Source of the DNA: the human T2T-CHM13v2.0 reference genome, Homo sapiens
Strand: one strand, 5' to 3'
NCBI RefSeq assembly: GCF_009914755.1
Contig: NC_060933.1
DNA length: 64,000 nucleotides
The notes under the pieces are model-generated. The model did no database searches. It saw nothing but the letters and a program-made list of their open reading frames with translations, and was not told where the DNA came from. Positions 16,718 to 31,958 of this stretch are shown here, piece after piece (position 1 is the first letter of the stretch; each line of letters begins with the position of its first letter). The translations under genes were made by a program, and so were the position numbers.

Positions 16718-17422
16718 ATTGGGCCTCCCCCATTCAATTTCAGTGACATGACTGACTCCCCACCCACCCATGCCATTGAGATGCCCTTTTCAGACCCTCA
16801 GAGCCTCTCGCGTCAAGGAAGCCAATTCACTACCCACTGGGCCAGCTGGCGTGGGCCGCCCCAACTGCCCAGGAAGCCCCACTCAGACCATGACCTTGCT
16901 GCCTGTGCAGTCCAGGCCCCGGCAAGGGCCAGGCATGGAACATATGCTCAGAGCGATGGGGGTCAGGGCCAAGGCCACAGAGCAAGATGCAGAGGAGCCC
17001 AGGCTGGGACCGGTTCTGCCTGAACATGAGCCCCTCGGAGCAGGGGCCCCGCCACTCAGCGCCGGGTCCTCAGGCCAGGCATGCCCTGTGCGAGGAAGGG
17101 CCCCGGGCCTCCCACCAGAGCTAGAGGAGGGGTGGCTGGCAAAGGGAGGCTGAGGAGGAACGGAGGGTTGAGGGGCTGGGGACTTGCGGCCAGGTAGGCA
17201 CAAGCACATGAATCAACTCCAACTGGAAGCAGAGAAAAAGCAGTAAAACCAAATGTCCTTAGAAATTCCTTTAGTGCTCAGCTGTCCATGAAAACAGGAT
17301 AAGCGGCTTCCTCCGTCTGTGCTCAGCAGGGCAGGGTGGAGGCGCTGCGCTCAGGCCAGGAGGACCTCTAATCAGGACGGGGTGGGGCGGGGCTCTGAGC
17401 TGGGGAAGCGGCTCCAGCGTTG

Positions 17423-17491
17423 CTACTTTAGGGCGTCCAGGTGGGTGCAGACCTGGGAGAAGACACTGTCCACGGAGCCCTCAGCGTTGAC
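17423..17491 (-). CDS. AK1: Adenylate kinase 1, last coding exon ([22 protein letters not shown])
   Basis: CAG|GTCAAC acceptor; TAG at 17425-17423; coding exons total 585 nt = 194 aa. Confidence 0.97.
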   Translation of the reverse strand, partial: VNAEGSVDSVFSQVCTHLDALK

Positions 17492-17612
17492 CTGTGGGGA
17501 GATGGGCCGTGAGGGCTGAGTCACCAGGTGGAGTGGGGTGGGCCTCACCATGGCAGGCCCCAGAGACCAGGCCTGCCTCCCCGAGCCCAACCTAATTGAC
17601 AGCAGCCCCTCA

Positions 17613-17945
<333 letters not shown>

Positions 17946-18829
17946 TCACAGGGACCCCATTCCTGCCCCCTAGGGCCATCTCCTCCCCATCTTCCCATCT
18001 ATGAAGCCCCAGTAGATACCCCCTCAGACCTTCAATCCCTTCCCCAAGGCAGCCTGAAAGACCTTCCTAAAACCAATCTTTCCTGCCACTCCCCTGCTCA
18101 AACCTACACCATGGCTCCCCAGTGCCCTCAGGAGAAAGTCCACACTACTTGCCAGACTGAGAGAGCCTGACTCTCTCTGCTCTAGGCTCTCATCAACCTC
18201 CTTCCATGCCAGACCTGTGCTCATGCTGTTCCCTCTGCTAGGAGCCCTCTCCCCCGAGCCTGATCCTAACTCGCCTTCACCTCAATACCAAGCATCAGGT
18301 TTCAGTGCGAAGCTCACTTCCTCAGGGGAGTCTTTGTGATGCCACCCCCTGCCCCCCAGTACTCCCCGCCTCCTGGAACAGGCTCTTCCAGCGCCTTTAT
18401 CTTTCCTTAAGCAGGTCTCCCAAGGGCCCCTGAGGGCAGGGAGGCACTTGTCTCACAATTCTGGGGTCCTTTGACAAAGGAACAAGGGATGAGGGAAGGG
18501 GTGAGGGGCTGCTGAGTCCTGGGGGGTTCTGAGCAATGTCCGTGTCATTGGAACAGCATGTCATCCATGTCATCCATGGGACGCCTTGGAAAGGCAAGAG
18601 GAATAAGGTTCTGCAGCCCCTGCCTCGCTCAATCCAGCTACCACAGCTGCCTGGCTGGGAGGGCAGAGCCACCCCAGAGTCACCCATGACTGCCACAGCT
18701 TTAGGAATGGGATTGGGACCTTCAAACCCTGTCTCCTGCTTCCAACTGCCTGGGCCAGCCCCCAAGGGTTTCTGCGCAGCTTTGGCCCTGGACCCCTGTC
18801 AAGGCCTTGGGGCACTGCCTCTCAGGTCA

Positions 18830-18910
18830 GGCTGTTTCGTGCCTCTGTCCAGCTGTGTAACCAAGAGGCTTGTCCAAGGCCACACAGCTGGACAGAGGCG
18901 AGAAGCAGCC
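18830..18910 (-). ncRNA. MIR4672: Intronic microRNA hairpin MIR4672 (mature UUACACAGCUGGACAGAGGCA at 18840-18860)
   Basis: Near-perfect inverted repeat GCCTCTGTCCAGCTGTGT / ACACAGCTGGACAGAGGC; mature sequence recognised from memory. Confidence 0.85.
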
Positions 18911-19615
18911 TGACCTCCGGCGTCAGACTGACCTGGACCCAGGCTCACCCCTGCCTCTGTTCAGCTGTGTGACCTGGGGCAAGCCCTTTGTCCTCGCCTG
19001 CGATACCCATCCTAGCGCTCATCCCTAGCTCCTCCGTAGTTAAGGATTCAGGGTGACAGCGTCAGCTGCCTTCAGGGAGATGACTCCGTACCACCCAGCG
19101 GCTGCTTCTACCTTACAGATTACCATGGGGGCAAAGGCTGGGCCTGGATGCAGCAGTCTGACCTCAACTTCAAGGTCACCCACCCCCCATCATCATCCAT
19201 CAGCTGCTGAGCTCCTCCAGGGCACAGACTCACAGTCTCTGGTTCATCTGGGTCTCCAGGACCAAGCACAGTAGGCTCTTTACACACACCCAGCAGAGGT
19301 GGTAAATCTGGGAGAGCCAGCTCAGCCTCTGGGCTTGAGATTCTGGCTGTGGGGCCTCAGTCTCCCTGTCAGGACAATGGACATCTAGCCCGGGGAGTCC
19401 ACAACGGGCACTGCCAGTCTCCAGAAAAGCTTTGGGTGTGAGCCGGCCACACTTCCAGGCTGACCCTCCCTCCTTCGGTGAAGCCCTGGCGCCCCCTGGT
19501 GTCCAGAGCCAAGAAGACCAGCTGCCCGGACACCTGGAGGCCACAGCAGGGATGGGACCAGGGCTGAGCCTGCGGCCCTCAGCGGCACCTACAACAGCCC
19601 TGGAAGGGTGGGGAC

Positions 19616-19914
19616 TTTTTTTTTTTTTTTTTTTTGAGACGGAGTCTCATTCTGTTGTTCAGGCTTGAGTGCAATGGCGTGATCTTGGCTCACTGCAACC
19701 TCCGTCCAGCCAGGTTCAAATGATTCTCGTGTCTCAGCCTCCTGAGTAGCTGGGATTACAGGCGCCCGCCACCATGCCTGGCTAATTTTTGTATTTTTAG
19801 TACATGAGTTTTCACCATGTTGGCCAGGCTGGTTTTGACCCTGACCTCAAGTGATCTGCCCTCTTTGGCCTCCCAAAGTGCTAGGATCTCAGGCGTGAGC
19901 CACTGCACCCGGCC
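19616..19914 (-). mobile_element. Alu SINE
   Basis: Alu consensus, T-tail. Confidence 0.93.
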
Positions 19915-20377
19915 GACTTTCATTAACTCTATTTTCTAGATGTGGCCCTGAGGGTCACAGGTGGTACCACACAGCTGGTATGTGTGAGCCAGGCCAGGAC
20001 ATCTTTCAGAACTGTGGCACCTAACACAGGGTCAGGGGTCTGAGGTCTGAAGGAATCCAGCTAACCCCCATTTCAGATAGGGAAGGTGAGGGGCAGAGTG
20101 GGGTAGACACTTTCCTGAGGTCTTGCAGCCACTCATGCAGCCACTCGGAGGTCAGAAAATATGGCCTCCTATCCCCAGATGAGGCTGGAAGCTACGGAAG
20201 CCCAGAAGGCCCTACGGAGACGGGGCATGGGAATGGGGCACGGGGATGGGAGTCTTATCCTGCCCCAGCCCACCAGGATGCTGGTTAGGCTCCCCCTAGC
20301 CCTTGCCGACCTCTCCCTCCTAGGCCCTTGCAGTCCCGTTTATTTCTCCCATACAGCCTTGTGACACCGAGGTAAAA

Positions 20378-20580
20378 GTGTATGTGTGTGCACAGGGCCA
20401 TGTGTGCGAGCACGTGTGCATTCCTGCATATGTGTGCTGCGTCCGTGACATGCATGTGCAGGAGTGCAGTATCCACTGCCGTGTGTGTGCATGTGTGCAC
20501 ATGCCCCTGGCCTTGTGTGTATGAACTTGTGGGGCTTGTGCATGTGTATGTGCAAGCGTCCACGTGTGTGCGTGTGTGGG
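20378..20580. repeat. Degenerate (TG/CA)n low-complexity repeat
   Basis: Direct inspection. Confidence 0.85.
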
Positions 20581-21216
20581 GTGCCCCATCCTGGGGAAGG
20601 TGTATCTGCAGGATGCTCGTGCTAGGAAGCTCAGGGCCATCATTTTCCAGGCCTGCTCTTTCCAGCCAGGCTCCTCATGACCCCTGGAAGGAGACTGATG
20701 TCCCTTTATGGCATTTGCAGCCTCCAGCCAGGCTGGAACCTCCCTTGTTGTCCTGCCCACATATTCTGTTCTCCCCACACTGGCCTTGCCTTTCCAGCCC
20801 TGCCAGTGCTGTTCCCTGCCCCTCTGTGTGTTTATAGGGAGCCAAGGCCCACACTGGAAGGGCACATCCTCTCCAGTCCCCACACTGTCCCTTAAGGCAG
20901 CTGTGACCTGGTCCTCCCACTCCCTGCATTTTGCAGATGGGAAAACTGAGGTTCAGGAGGCAGAATGACTGGCCCAAGATCTCAAGCCGTTGAGCTGGAA
21001 TCTGAGCCCAGGTTTGGCAACTGCCCCTCCTGGCGCTTCCCCTTCTACACATTTTCTTCTACACTTCCAGAAAGTCTTCCTGGTTTTCCTCCTCACCCAC
21101 ACTCCATGAATCAGCCTCTGCTCAGAACTCTGACCTGCATCACAGCCCCCGCAGGCCCGCCCATGGGGATGGGAGTCTTATCCTGCCCCAGCCCACCAGG
21201 ATCCCCACTTGGGTCA

Positions 21217-21408
<192 letters not shown>

Positions 21409-21780
21409 TCACGCTGCTCCTGCCACCTGAAATGCCCTCTCCCCAACACAAATGTCCCAAACAAGCCTCCCCCTCCAGGAAGCTTCCTCGGAATTGTGGA
21501 GACCTGGACTGAGTGAATGAATGAATGAATGATGCATTCACTCAACAGTATTCACTGAGACCCTCCTTCCAGCCAGGTGCTGTCCTGGGTCCCGAGGACA
21601 CGGCCATGGACCAATTAGGCCTTCCCTGCCCTGGGGAGCTCAGGGGCTGGTGAGGGGACAGACACATTCCACAGATGATTTCTCCATTTCTAAGCATGGC
21701 ACAGGTTGTACGGGCAGAGAAGTGGGGCTTCTGGAGTAGAAAATTGGGGGGGGAGGTCTTAGGCCAAATCTGGGGAGTTA

Positions 21781-22464
<684 letters not shown>

Positions 22465-22796
22465 CTGCGGGAGAGAAAAGGGGAGCAGGGCTCAGTCACT
22501 CGCTGGACCCACAGCCAGAGGCACCTCTGGAGTCCCAGGCCTGTGCTGGGCCCCAGGCGGAGGGACAGACACCGCTGGCGCTCCTGTCAGGGAGGCAGAC
22601 AAGTCACAGCCCAGAGTCAGCAGGGATGTGAGTGAGCTCGGAGCCTGGGAGAGGTCAGGGAAGGGAGGGTGCTCCAGGCAGCCAGACGGGCAGAGGCAAA
22701 AGCCTAAAGGCTAAGTACTCTCCACACAGCCAGCGGGCTGGGCCGCCAGCCCTCATGGCGCCTCCCTGTGGGTGCCTGGACCCCGGGGCCGGTCAC

Positions 22797-22851
22797 CTCT
22801 GGCTCTCAGATCGTCTTCTCTGCGGGGGTCACTCGAGGAGCAGCAGCCCAT
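22797..22851 (-). CDS. AK1: Alternative first coding exon giving an AK1-beta-type N-terminus MGCCSSSDPRREDDLRAR (210-aa isoform)
   Basis: ACCATGG Kozak; 55 nt, phase-1 donor AGAG|GTGAC compatible with the 36-nt exon; MGCCxS myristoylation/palmitoylation motif. Confidence 0.85.
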
Positions 22852-23446
22852 GGTCCCGTCCTGCCGTGTCTCCTGTGCACCCTGCCCTTCCCCTCTCAGG
22901 CCCTGGGCCGGCCCATCACCCGCCTCCCCCGGCAGTGGGGGCTTAGCAACCACAACATATGTTGCCATGGAGACAGTTGCCGGGGTGGAGGGCTGTGGTG
23001 GGCATGTGGAACTCTTGCCCAGAGAGGGCGGTGAGCTTGGCTCCAACCTCTGTCTCGTCCTGCCTGCTGTTAGATCCCAGCAAGGCCACAGCCCCACTGG
23101 GCAGAGGGAAACTGAGCTCGAGAGAGGGAAGGCCTGCTCAAGGGATGTCAGAACCAAAACCAGAACCCAAGCTCCCCACTGGGCTTTCAGGCTCCCCCGC
23201 TTCCCAGGGAAATAGAGGACCAGGCTGTATCCCACCTTGCTGTGTGACTTAGGAAAGGCCTGCCCCTCTCTGGTTCTCTGCCCCTTCCCCAGGGAGGAGG
23301 TGGGCTGGGCGGCTCCCAGGGGCCCTCCCAGCCATAAGGCTGGAGCCCTACAGGAGCTGTCAAGAAGGGCTCCTCCTGTGGGCCCCTATCCCGGGGGTGC
23401 AGTGGCCGCAGCCCTATGGCTGTTGATATTTGGAGCTCAGGCAGAG

Positions 23447-23467
23447 CAGCAGCAGCAGCAGCAGCAG
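23447..23467. repeat. (CAG)7 microsatellite in an AK1 intron
   Basis: Direct count. Confidence 0.9.
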
Positions 23468-24013
23468 GCCCGCTGGGTGTCTTTAAGAGCTGCCCAGGCC
23501 AAGGCACAGTGCCAGGAACTGGACGGATGGTGCTGCCAGCAGCTGAGGGCGGGCCCGTTCTGGACTCTCTGCCTGCCCGTGTCTCCCTCTAAGTCCCAGC
23601 CCATAGGAACTAGGAGGGTCCAAGACTTCCTCAAGGCCCACCCTCACTGGATGATAGGGAAACTGAGTCCCGGAGAGGTACGGGGAATTGCCTTGTCCTC
23701 ATTAGACCTGGTGTTTTGTGTATCTGTGGCCTCTCCATGGGGCAGGGTCTCAGCTCTATAAACCCAGCATAGGGGGTGTGCGCTGGGGCCCTCAGGAGCC
23801 TTGGGGAGGCCTCGTCACGTCTAAAATTAATCTTGGAGCTGGCACATCCCGTGAGAGGCCAGAGGAGGATACTGGAGGCTCCCAGCCAGGCCCCCTCCGG
23901 CAGCCCCAGAGCCTCCTCCAACCCCTCCCAGAATGTCTCCCTGAGAGCGCACCCCCTTAATAGTCAGGCACACTGAGGCCCAGGCAATGGGCAAAAGGAG
24001 AGGAGGCTCATAC

Positions 24014-24020
24014 CTTCCAT
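24014..24020 (-). CDS. AK1: AK1 exon 2 coding part ATG GAA G (whole exon 24014-24052)
   Basis: TTACAG|AGC acceptor, GGATGGAAG|GTATGA donor. Confidence 0.93.
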
Positions 24021-26799
24021 CCTGCCGAGGTCCCGGGAGCCGTGTCAGTGCTCTGTAAGACAAGGGCACAGGTTGGGGAGGGATTTTCCTCCTCACCCTG
24101 ACTCACCTTCCACTAAGCCACACCCAAGGCAACTGGTGTGTGCCAGGCCCGACATGCAGTCTGAGGGCAGAGGGGGCTGCTGGGGGCAGGGAAGGCCCAG
24201 GACCCCTTCCCTGAGAAAGCCACCTTGGGAAAGTGACCTTGGAAAAGTCACCTTTCCTCTCTGGCCTCCATGGCCTCACCTGTCACAGAAGGGCAGTAGC
24301 CCCCTCCCATCCACCTGGGTTCCCGCTGGAGGGGCTGGGACAGTGAGGATGGCACGAGGGACATAAACAGCGGCCACACAACTGCAGAGCTGCTCCCCTC
24401 GAAACTCCCAGAAAACAGGGCGCGGGGCCAGCGTCTGCCCAGACACCTTGACAACGCTCCCCAGGGCCAGAGGGAAGCTGCCAGGAGGTGGGAGGTGGCC
24501 AGGAACTATGTGTGTCTGGGATGAGGTTTGGATGGGGATCCTCTAAGGGACAGAGGCCTGGGGTGAAGGAATCTACAGGAGCCGCTCGCATGAACACAGC
24601 CCTTTACAGTTGTCAAAGTGAGGCGGTCCCAGGCTCTTCACCTCTACAGGCCCAACAACCAGCCCCACGCATGTCCCCTGCACCCCCACCCTTTGAGGAC
24701 CTGGCTTTACTGCCCCCACCTTGCCCTCAGCCTGCCCATGAGCCCAATCACACCTGCGACCCCACCCTGTGCTGCCACAGCCCCCAGGACCTCCCCTACC
24801 TCGCCCCCCTATCTCAGAACTGCCCTCTGGACACCTTTGGCCTCCACTTCTTCACTCCCAGCCACCAGCCCTCCCCAAGGCCACTCGCAACCACCACAGC
24901 CACACTCCCCTCCAGCCTTGACCTCCAGCCAGCGACCCCACCCGCACCGGGACCTCCACCCAAGGCACCCACACCACCCTCTCTACTTGGCTTCAGGCTC
25001 CAAGGACCCCCATCCCTGTGCAGGCAGCCCAGGCCTTTCTCTCCAGCCCCAGACATCCATGCCCCCGAGACAGGCCCCAGAAGCCCCACAGGCTTCTCAG
25101 GCTCTGAACAGCCCTCCCCAAGTCCCAGCTCCAGGCCCCTATGGCCAAGCCACAGGCTGAGTCAGTGTGAAGGCTCCTCTCTCCTCTCCACAGCCCTGCA
25201 CACCCACTGCCCAACCCTCCCCTCCCCAGGCTCTCTCCGTCTGTCTCCTCACCACTATGTCCTGTGCTAAGTAAGGGGCCTGGGCCACTGCCCCCGCCTC
25301 CACATGGGCCTTGAAGCCTCCACACCCTGCCACGCAATTTGCAGGATTTTCTCTGGCAAGTATCAGACCACATCACACACCCGCTTACAACCTTGCATGT
25401 GTGGCCCTCTCGGCTCCCAGACAAAGCCTGGGCCCCTTGACATAGTGGATAGGTCCCGGTGAGCTGACCTCTGCTGCCCTCTGCAACCCTATCAGCTGCC
25501 ACTGGCAGATGTTGTACCCAATGCCTGGATGCCTTTCCCCACCTTGCTATTGTGTGGGACTCAGCTCAGGTGCCACCTCCTTCAGGAAGTCTTCCTGGAC
25601 TCTGCCCTCCACTCCCACACTGGCAGGTGCCTCCTGGAAACCTGCCCTGCACTGCACAACCACGCTGTACTGGGCCCCTCTTCTGTGCTGCGGGCCTGGG
25701 ATCCCATTGACTGGGCCTGGCATGGGCTGAGCACAGGGCTGGGGAGCCTCGTTCCATCCTCACTGCCATCTTGGGAGGAAACTGAGGCATGGGGAGGAGG
25801 ACAGACTGGTTCGAGGGCCAGCTAGGGTCCAACTCGGCCCTGAGTTTCTGCTACGCTGGGCCTGGCACCCAGTAGCAGCTGAAGTGGCTTTGCTGATGCC
25901 CCTGCTGCCCCAGGCAGGAGTGGCAGCCACTTTTCCTGCTGAGTGTGCTTCAGCGGGGGTAGGAGCTGCCAAGTGCCCCTCAGCAGCTGCCCATGGGAGG
26001 GGGAGCGTCCTGGGCCAGGGACAACCACAGTGAAGCCCTGAGAAGTGGCCTCGACCCCGCCCTGCCCCGCCCCCCTCCTGGTAATCTAAGCCCCCTCCGC
26101 CCTGATGGCACCTGCCACTTCCTTGATCCAAAATAACTTGGGTCGTGAGGAGGCCTCACAGAGGACAGGGGTCTAGGATGGAGTTGGGTTACGGGCTAAG
26201 CACCCAGGCCTTATAAGGCCCCTGGGTCAAGGCCCCAGCGACTCCTAATATGACTGGATGGTCTGCTAAGGGGCCTGTGGGGCCGAAGCCCAGAGGGACG
26301 GTGACTTAACCCCAATCACAAGACAAGGCCAAGGCAAGCCCAGGTCTCCCAGCTTCTGACCCAACGTAGTCGGTTCCCAGTGGGTGGCAACTGACTAGGG
26401 TTCGAATCCCAGCTCCATCACTCAGCTGTGTGACCTTGGGCAGTTGGTGTCCCCTCTCTGGGCCTGTCCTGCTGCTGCTGAGGAGTACCAGGCGGCCACT
26501 GAGCAGTGCTGTGGGAAGGCCCCAAGCGCTGGCCCTGGTCAGGAGGCTAGGGCAAGCTCTGAGCATCCAGGGGGTGTTCTCCAATGCACCCAGCACTAGA
26601 AGTGGAGTGACACGATAGCCCTACGGAGCACAGAGGCTGCCCCTGTCCAGGTCCTCTGGGGCAGGGAGCCAGGCCACAGCTCTCCCTCTCTGGGCCCAAG
26701 CTGGGACATGCCAAGGGCAGTGACCTGGAGCCCCGGGAGTGCCAGCCAGAACAAAGGGGTGACTATCTCGGAGGCTGGAAGGGGCTGCAACACACACAA

Positions 26800-27300
26800 A
26801 CACACACGCACACACACGCACGGATCCACAAAGGCACAGGCAGCGAGGCACAGATCCCCAGCGCCCGGGGAACACAGCCACGCAAACACACACGGATCAC
26901 AACCACGGATACACAGCCGCACAGCCCCCAGGGAGCCCCGCACCAGCACGCCCCCGCCCTCCCCCGGTGCCGCTGCCCCTCCCCGCAGAGGCGCCCCCCC
27001 AGACACGCGCGGGCACGCACTGACCTGGGGAGGGGTGCGGGTGGGCGCCGGGGCCAGTGCGTGCCCTGCCCGTCCTCGCGGCGGCCGGCAAAGGCGACTA
27101 TTTATAAGGCTGTCAGCGCGCGGCATGCCGGGAGCCGGCGTTCCCGAAGGCAGGGAGGGCGGGAAGGAGGGAGGGAGAGCGGACCAGGGACCGGGAAGCG
27201 GGGCGGGACCGAGCCCGAGCCCGGGTGCGCGGCGACACCGCACCCGGCACCGTGTGCCCCGCACCGTGGACCCCCAGGTGGCTGTGCCCACACACGCGAA
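26800..27300 (-). promoter_or_regulatory. AK1: AK1 CpG-island promoter with TATA box (TTATAAATAG, 27098-27107) and GC boxes
   Basis: High CpG density; TATAAA on minus strand; GGGGCGGG at ~27200. Confidence 0.85.
27025..27075 (-). other. AK1: AK1 non-coding exon 1 (5' end approximate)
   Basis: Donor CCAG|GTCAGT at 27024, ~25-30 nt downstream-start of a TATA box, within a CpG island. Confidence 0.75.
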
Positions 27301-28331
27301 CTACACTTTACAGTTTGCCAAGAGTTTTCCATTGCGATACCCCGACTGTGCTCAAGGTACACTCCAGGGTACAAGGCCAGGCTTTCCCTATGATAGCTGG
27401 AGAAACTGAGGCTCAGAGAAGAGCGGCTCTTTCCGCAAAATCCCACAGCGCATTGGTGCCAGAGAGAGGCCAGACCAGGGAGCGAGAGGGCTGAGGCATC
27501 GACTCAGGGGCTTTGCTGGCCACAGTCCCCAAGCCCGCCCTCAGAGCCTGCCCAGAGGCCCTGGCCGAGACCCACCTGGGACTCCTCTTCCCCTGTTGGG
27601 AGGGACCCTTCGAGCTCCTCTGGGACTGGAACCCGCCAGGACCCCAAAGACCACCCAGTAAGGTAGAAGATTATAGAAAACCAGCCCTGCTCCCCTGGAG
27701 TTGCCCGGGACATTCAGAAGGCTGTGGATAGCCAGAGAGGGGATTTGCGGTCTTGATAAGAAGAATAGCTCCCATAATGAGCACTCACTGTGCTAAGCAG
27801 CAGACTCCAGCCGCATCTGTGAATCCTTAGACACAGCAGAGAACGGGAGGCGAGCATGTCAAATACCTTGCGGGAGGTTCCCTGGTAGAAAGCCACGTGT
27901 TTATCCAGCGTTTTGCAGGGAGACTGGCACATAGTAGTAGGTGCTCAGTGATGTAGCCGGGCAGGGATGGGAGCCCAGGCAGCAGCCCCAGATGGTGAGG
28001 TGGGTTGAACTTGGAATTTGTATTATAGGCCCTAGGGAGCCATAGGAGGTATTTGAGCAAGAGAGTGAGACTACCAGGAGATTGAGACCACCTTCAGTGG
28101 TGGTGCCTCAGCAACCACAGCAGCCAGGAGACCAGGAGGCCTGGGTCTCTGCTACCTGTGATGTCAGATAAGTCCTTACTTCTTGGGACCTTAGTTTCCC
28201 CATCTGTGGGGGGGCAGGTGCAGTGGGGTCAGAGGTGTTGCATTAGAAGCTGTTTGAAAGGCCCTCTCAAGGGTGTGTGCATTGGCACCTTTGGGGAAAG
28301 CAATTGACAAAGTAAATCAAAATTTCAAATG

Positions 28332-30630
<2,299 letters not shown>

Positions 30631-30699
30631 ACCCAAGCATTTTTGCTTTTCCATACAACAAGCGTCTATTACTTTATATATATTAAAAAATAACTTTAA

Positions 30700-31010
30700 C
30701 ATGGATAAATCTTGGGGACATTATGTAAGTGAAATAAGCCCATCACAAAAAGGCAAATACTGTATGATTCCTTTACATTGAAGTATCTAAAGGAGTCAAA
30801 CTCATAGAAAAAAAAGTAGAATGGTGGTTGCCAGGAGCTGGGGAGAATGAGGAAGGAAGAATTGCTGTTTAATGGGTACAGAGTCTCAGATCTGCAAAAT
30901 GACAAAGTTTTGGAGCTCTGTTATCCAAAACAGAGTGTGAAAATTGTTAAGATGATTAATTTTATGTTACACGTTTTTTACCACAATTTTTAAAATAAAA
31001 TAAATAAATT
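30700..31010 (+). mobile_element. L1M (L1MB-like) 3' end fragment
   Basis: GGACATTATGTAAGTGAAATAAGCC...AAATACTGTATGATTCC...GGTGGTTGCCAGG typical of L1 3'UTR. Confidence 0.8.
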
Positions 31011-31189
31011 TTTAAAATTAAAAAATCAATTTTAAGTATCCGTTTTATTTGCATGTGAACTATGGATTTTCTACCAATTCTGGAATATTAACGTTTCAGA
31101 ATTTTATTTCCCAGGTATAACCTAAGGAAAGAAAAAAAAGAAAGGGAGAGAAAAACTGGAATAGTGAAAGAAAAAAGAATTGCATGAAG

Positions 31190-31958
31190 CCTGGGCGCCG
31201 TGGCTCACATCTGTAATCCCAGCACTTTGGGAGGCTGAGGCAGGAGGATCACTTGAGCCCAGGAGTTTGAGACCAGCCTGGGCAACATAGCAAGACCCTG
31301 TCTCTACAAAAAAAAAAAAAAAAGTTTTAATTATCCAAGTATGGTGGTGCCTGCCTATAGTCCCAGCTACTTGGGAGGCTGAGGTGGGAGGATTGCTCAA
31401 GTCCAGGAGATCAAGGCTACAGTAAACCGTGATCACACCAGTGTACTCCAGCCTGAGCCACAGAGCATGACCTTGTCTCAGAAAAAGAAAAAATTGCATG
31501 GAGGAAAGATCTGGAAGATTATACCCTAATAGGACTCGGCAATACCCTCCCTTTCTATCTTATATCATTTGTATTATTTGTTTTATGATAAAAAAAATCT
31601 AAAAACAGAAACATATAAAAATGAAACTAATTAAAAAATTTTTTTAAAATATTTTGTAGCTTGTGACATTTAGGAACAAAATTAAAATGAAAATATTTTG
31701 GTTAAAGAAAAAATTCCAGCCAGGCGCAGTGGCTCATGCTTGTAATCCCAGCACTTTGGGAGGCCGAGGCGGGCAGCTCACTTGAGGTCAGGAGTGTGAG
31801 ATCACCCTGGCCCACCTCTACTAAAAATATAAAAATTAGCTGGGTGTGGTGGTGCACGCCTGTAATCCTAGTTGCTTGAACCAGGGGGCAGAGGTTACAG
31901 TAAGCTGAGATCATGCCACTGCACTCCAGTCTGGGTGACAGAGCAAGACACCGTCTAA
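31190..31958 (+). mobile_element. Two Alus (31190-31492, 31718-31958)
   Basis: Alu consensus. Confidence 0.9.

Noticed and set aside
23447-23467. (CAG)7 as a polyQ coding or expansion locus
   Set aside because: Intronic, short, and on the non-coding strand.
24488-25270. 260-aa Pro-rich + strand ORF in AK1 intron 1
   Set aside because: C-rich intron sequence with a non-ATG start and no recognisable domain.
26694-26713. Possible p53 response element in AK1 intron 1
   Set aside because: Only one good half-site; the partner has three mismatches.
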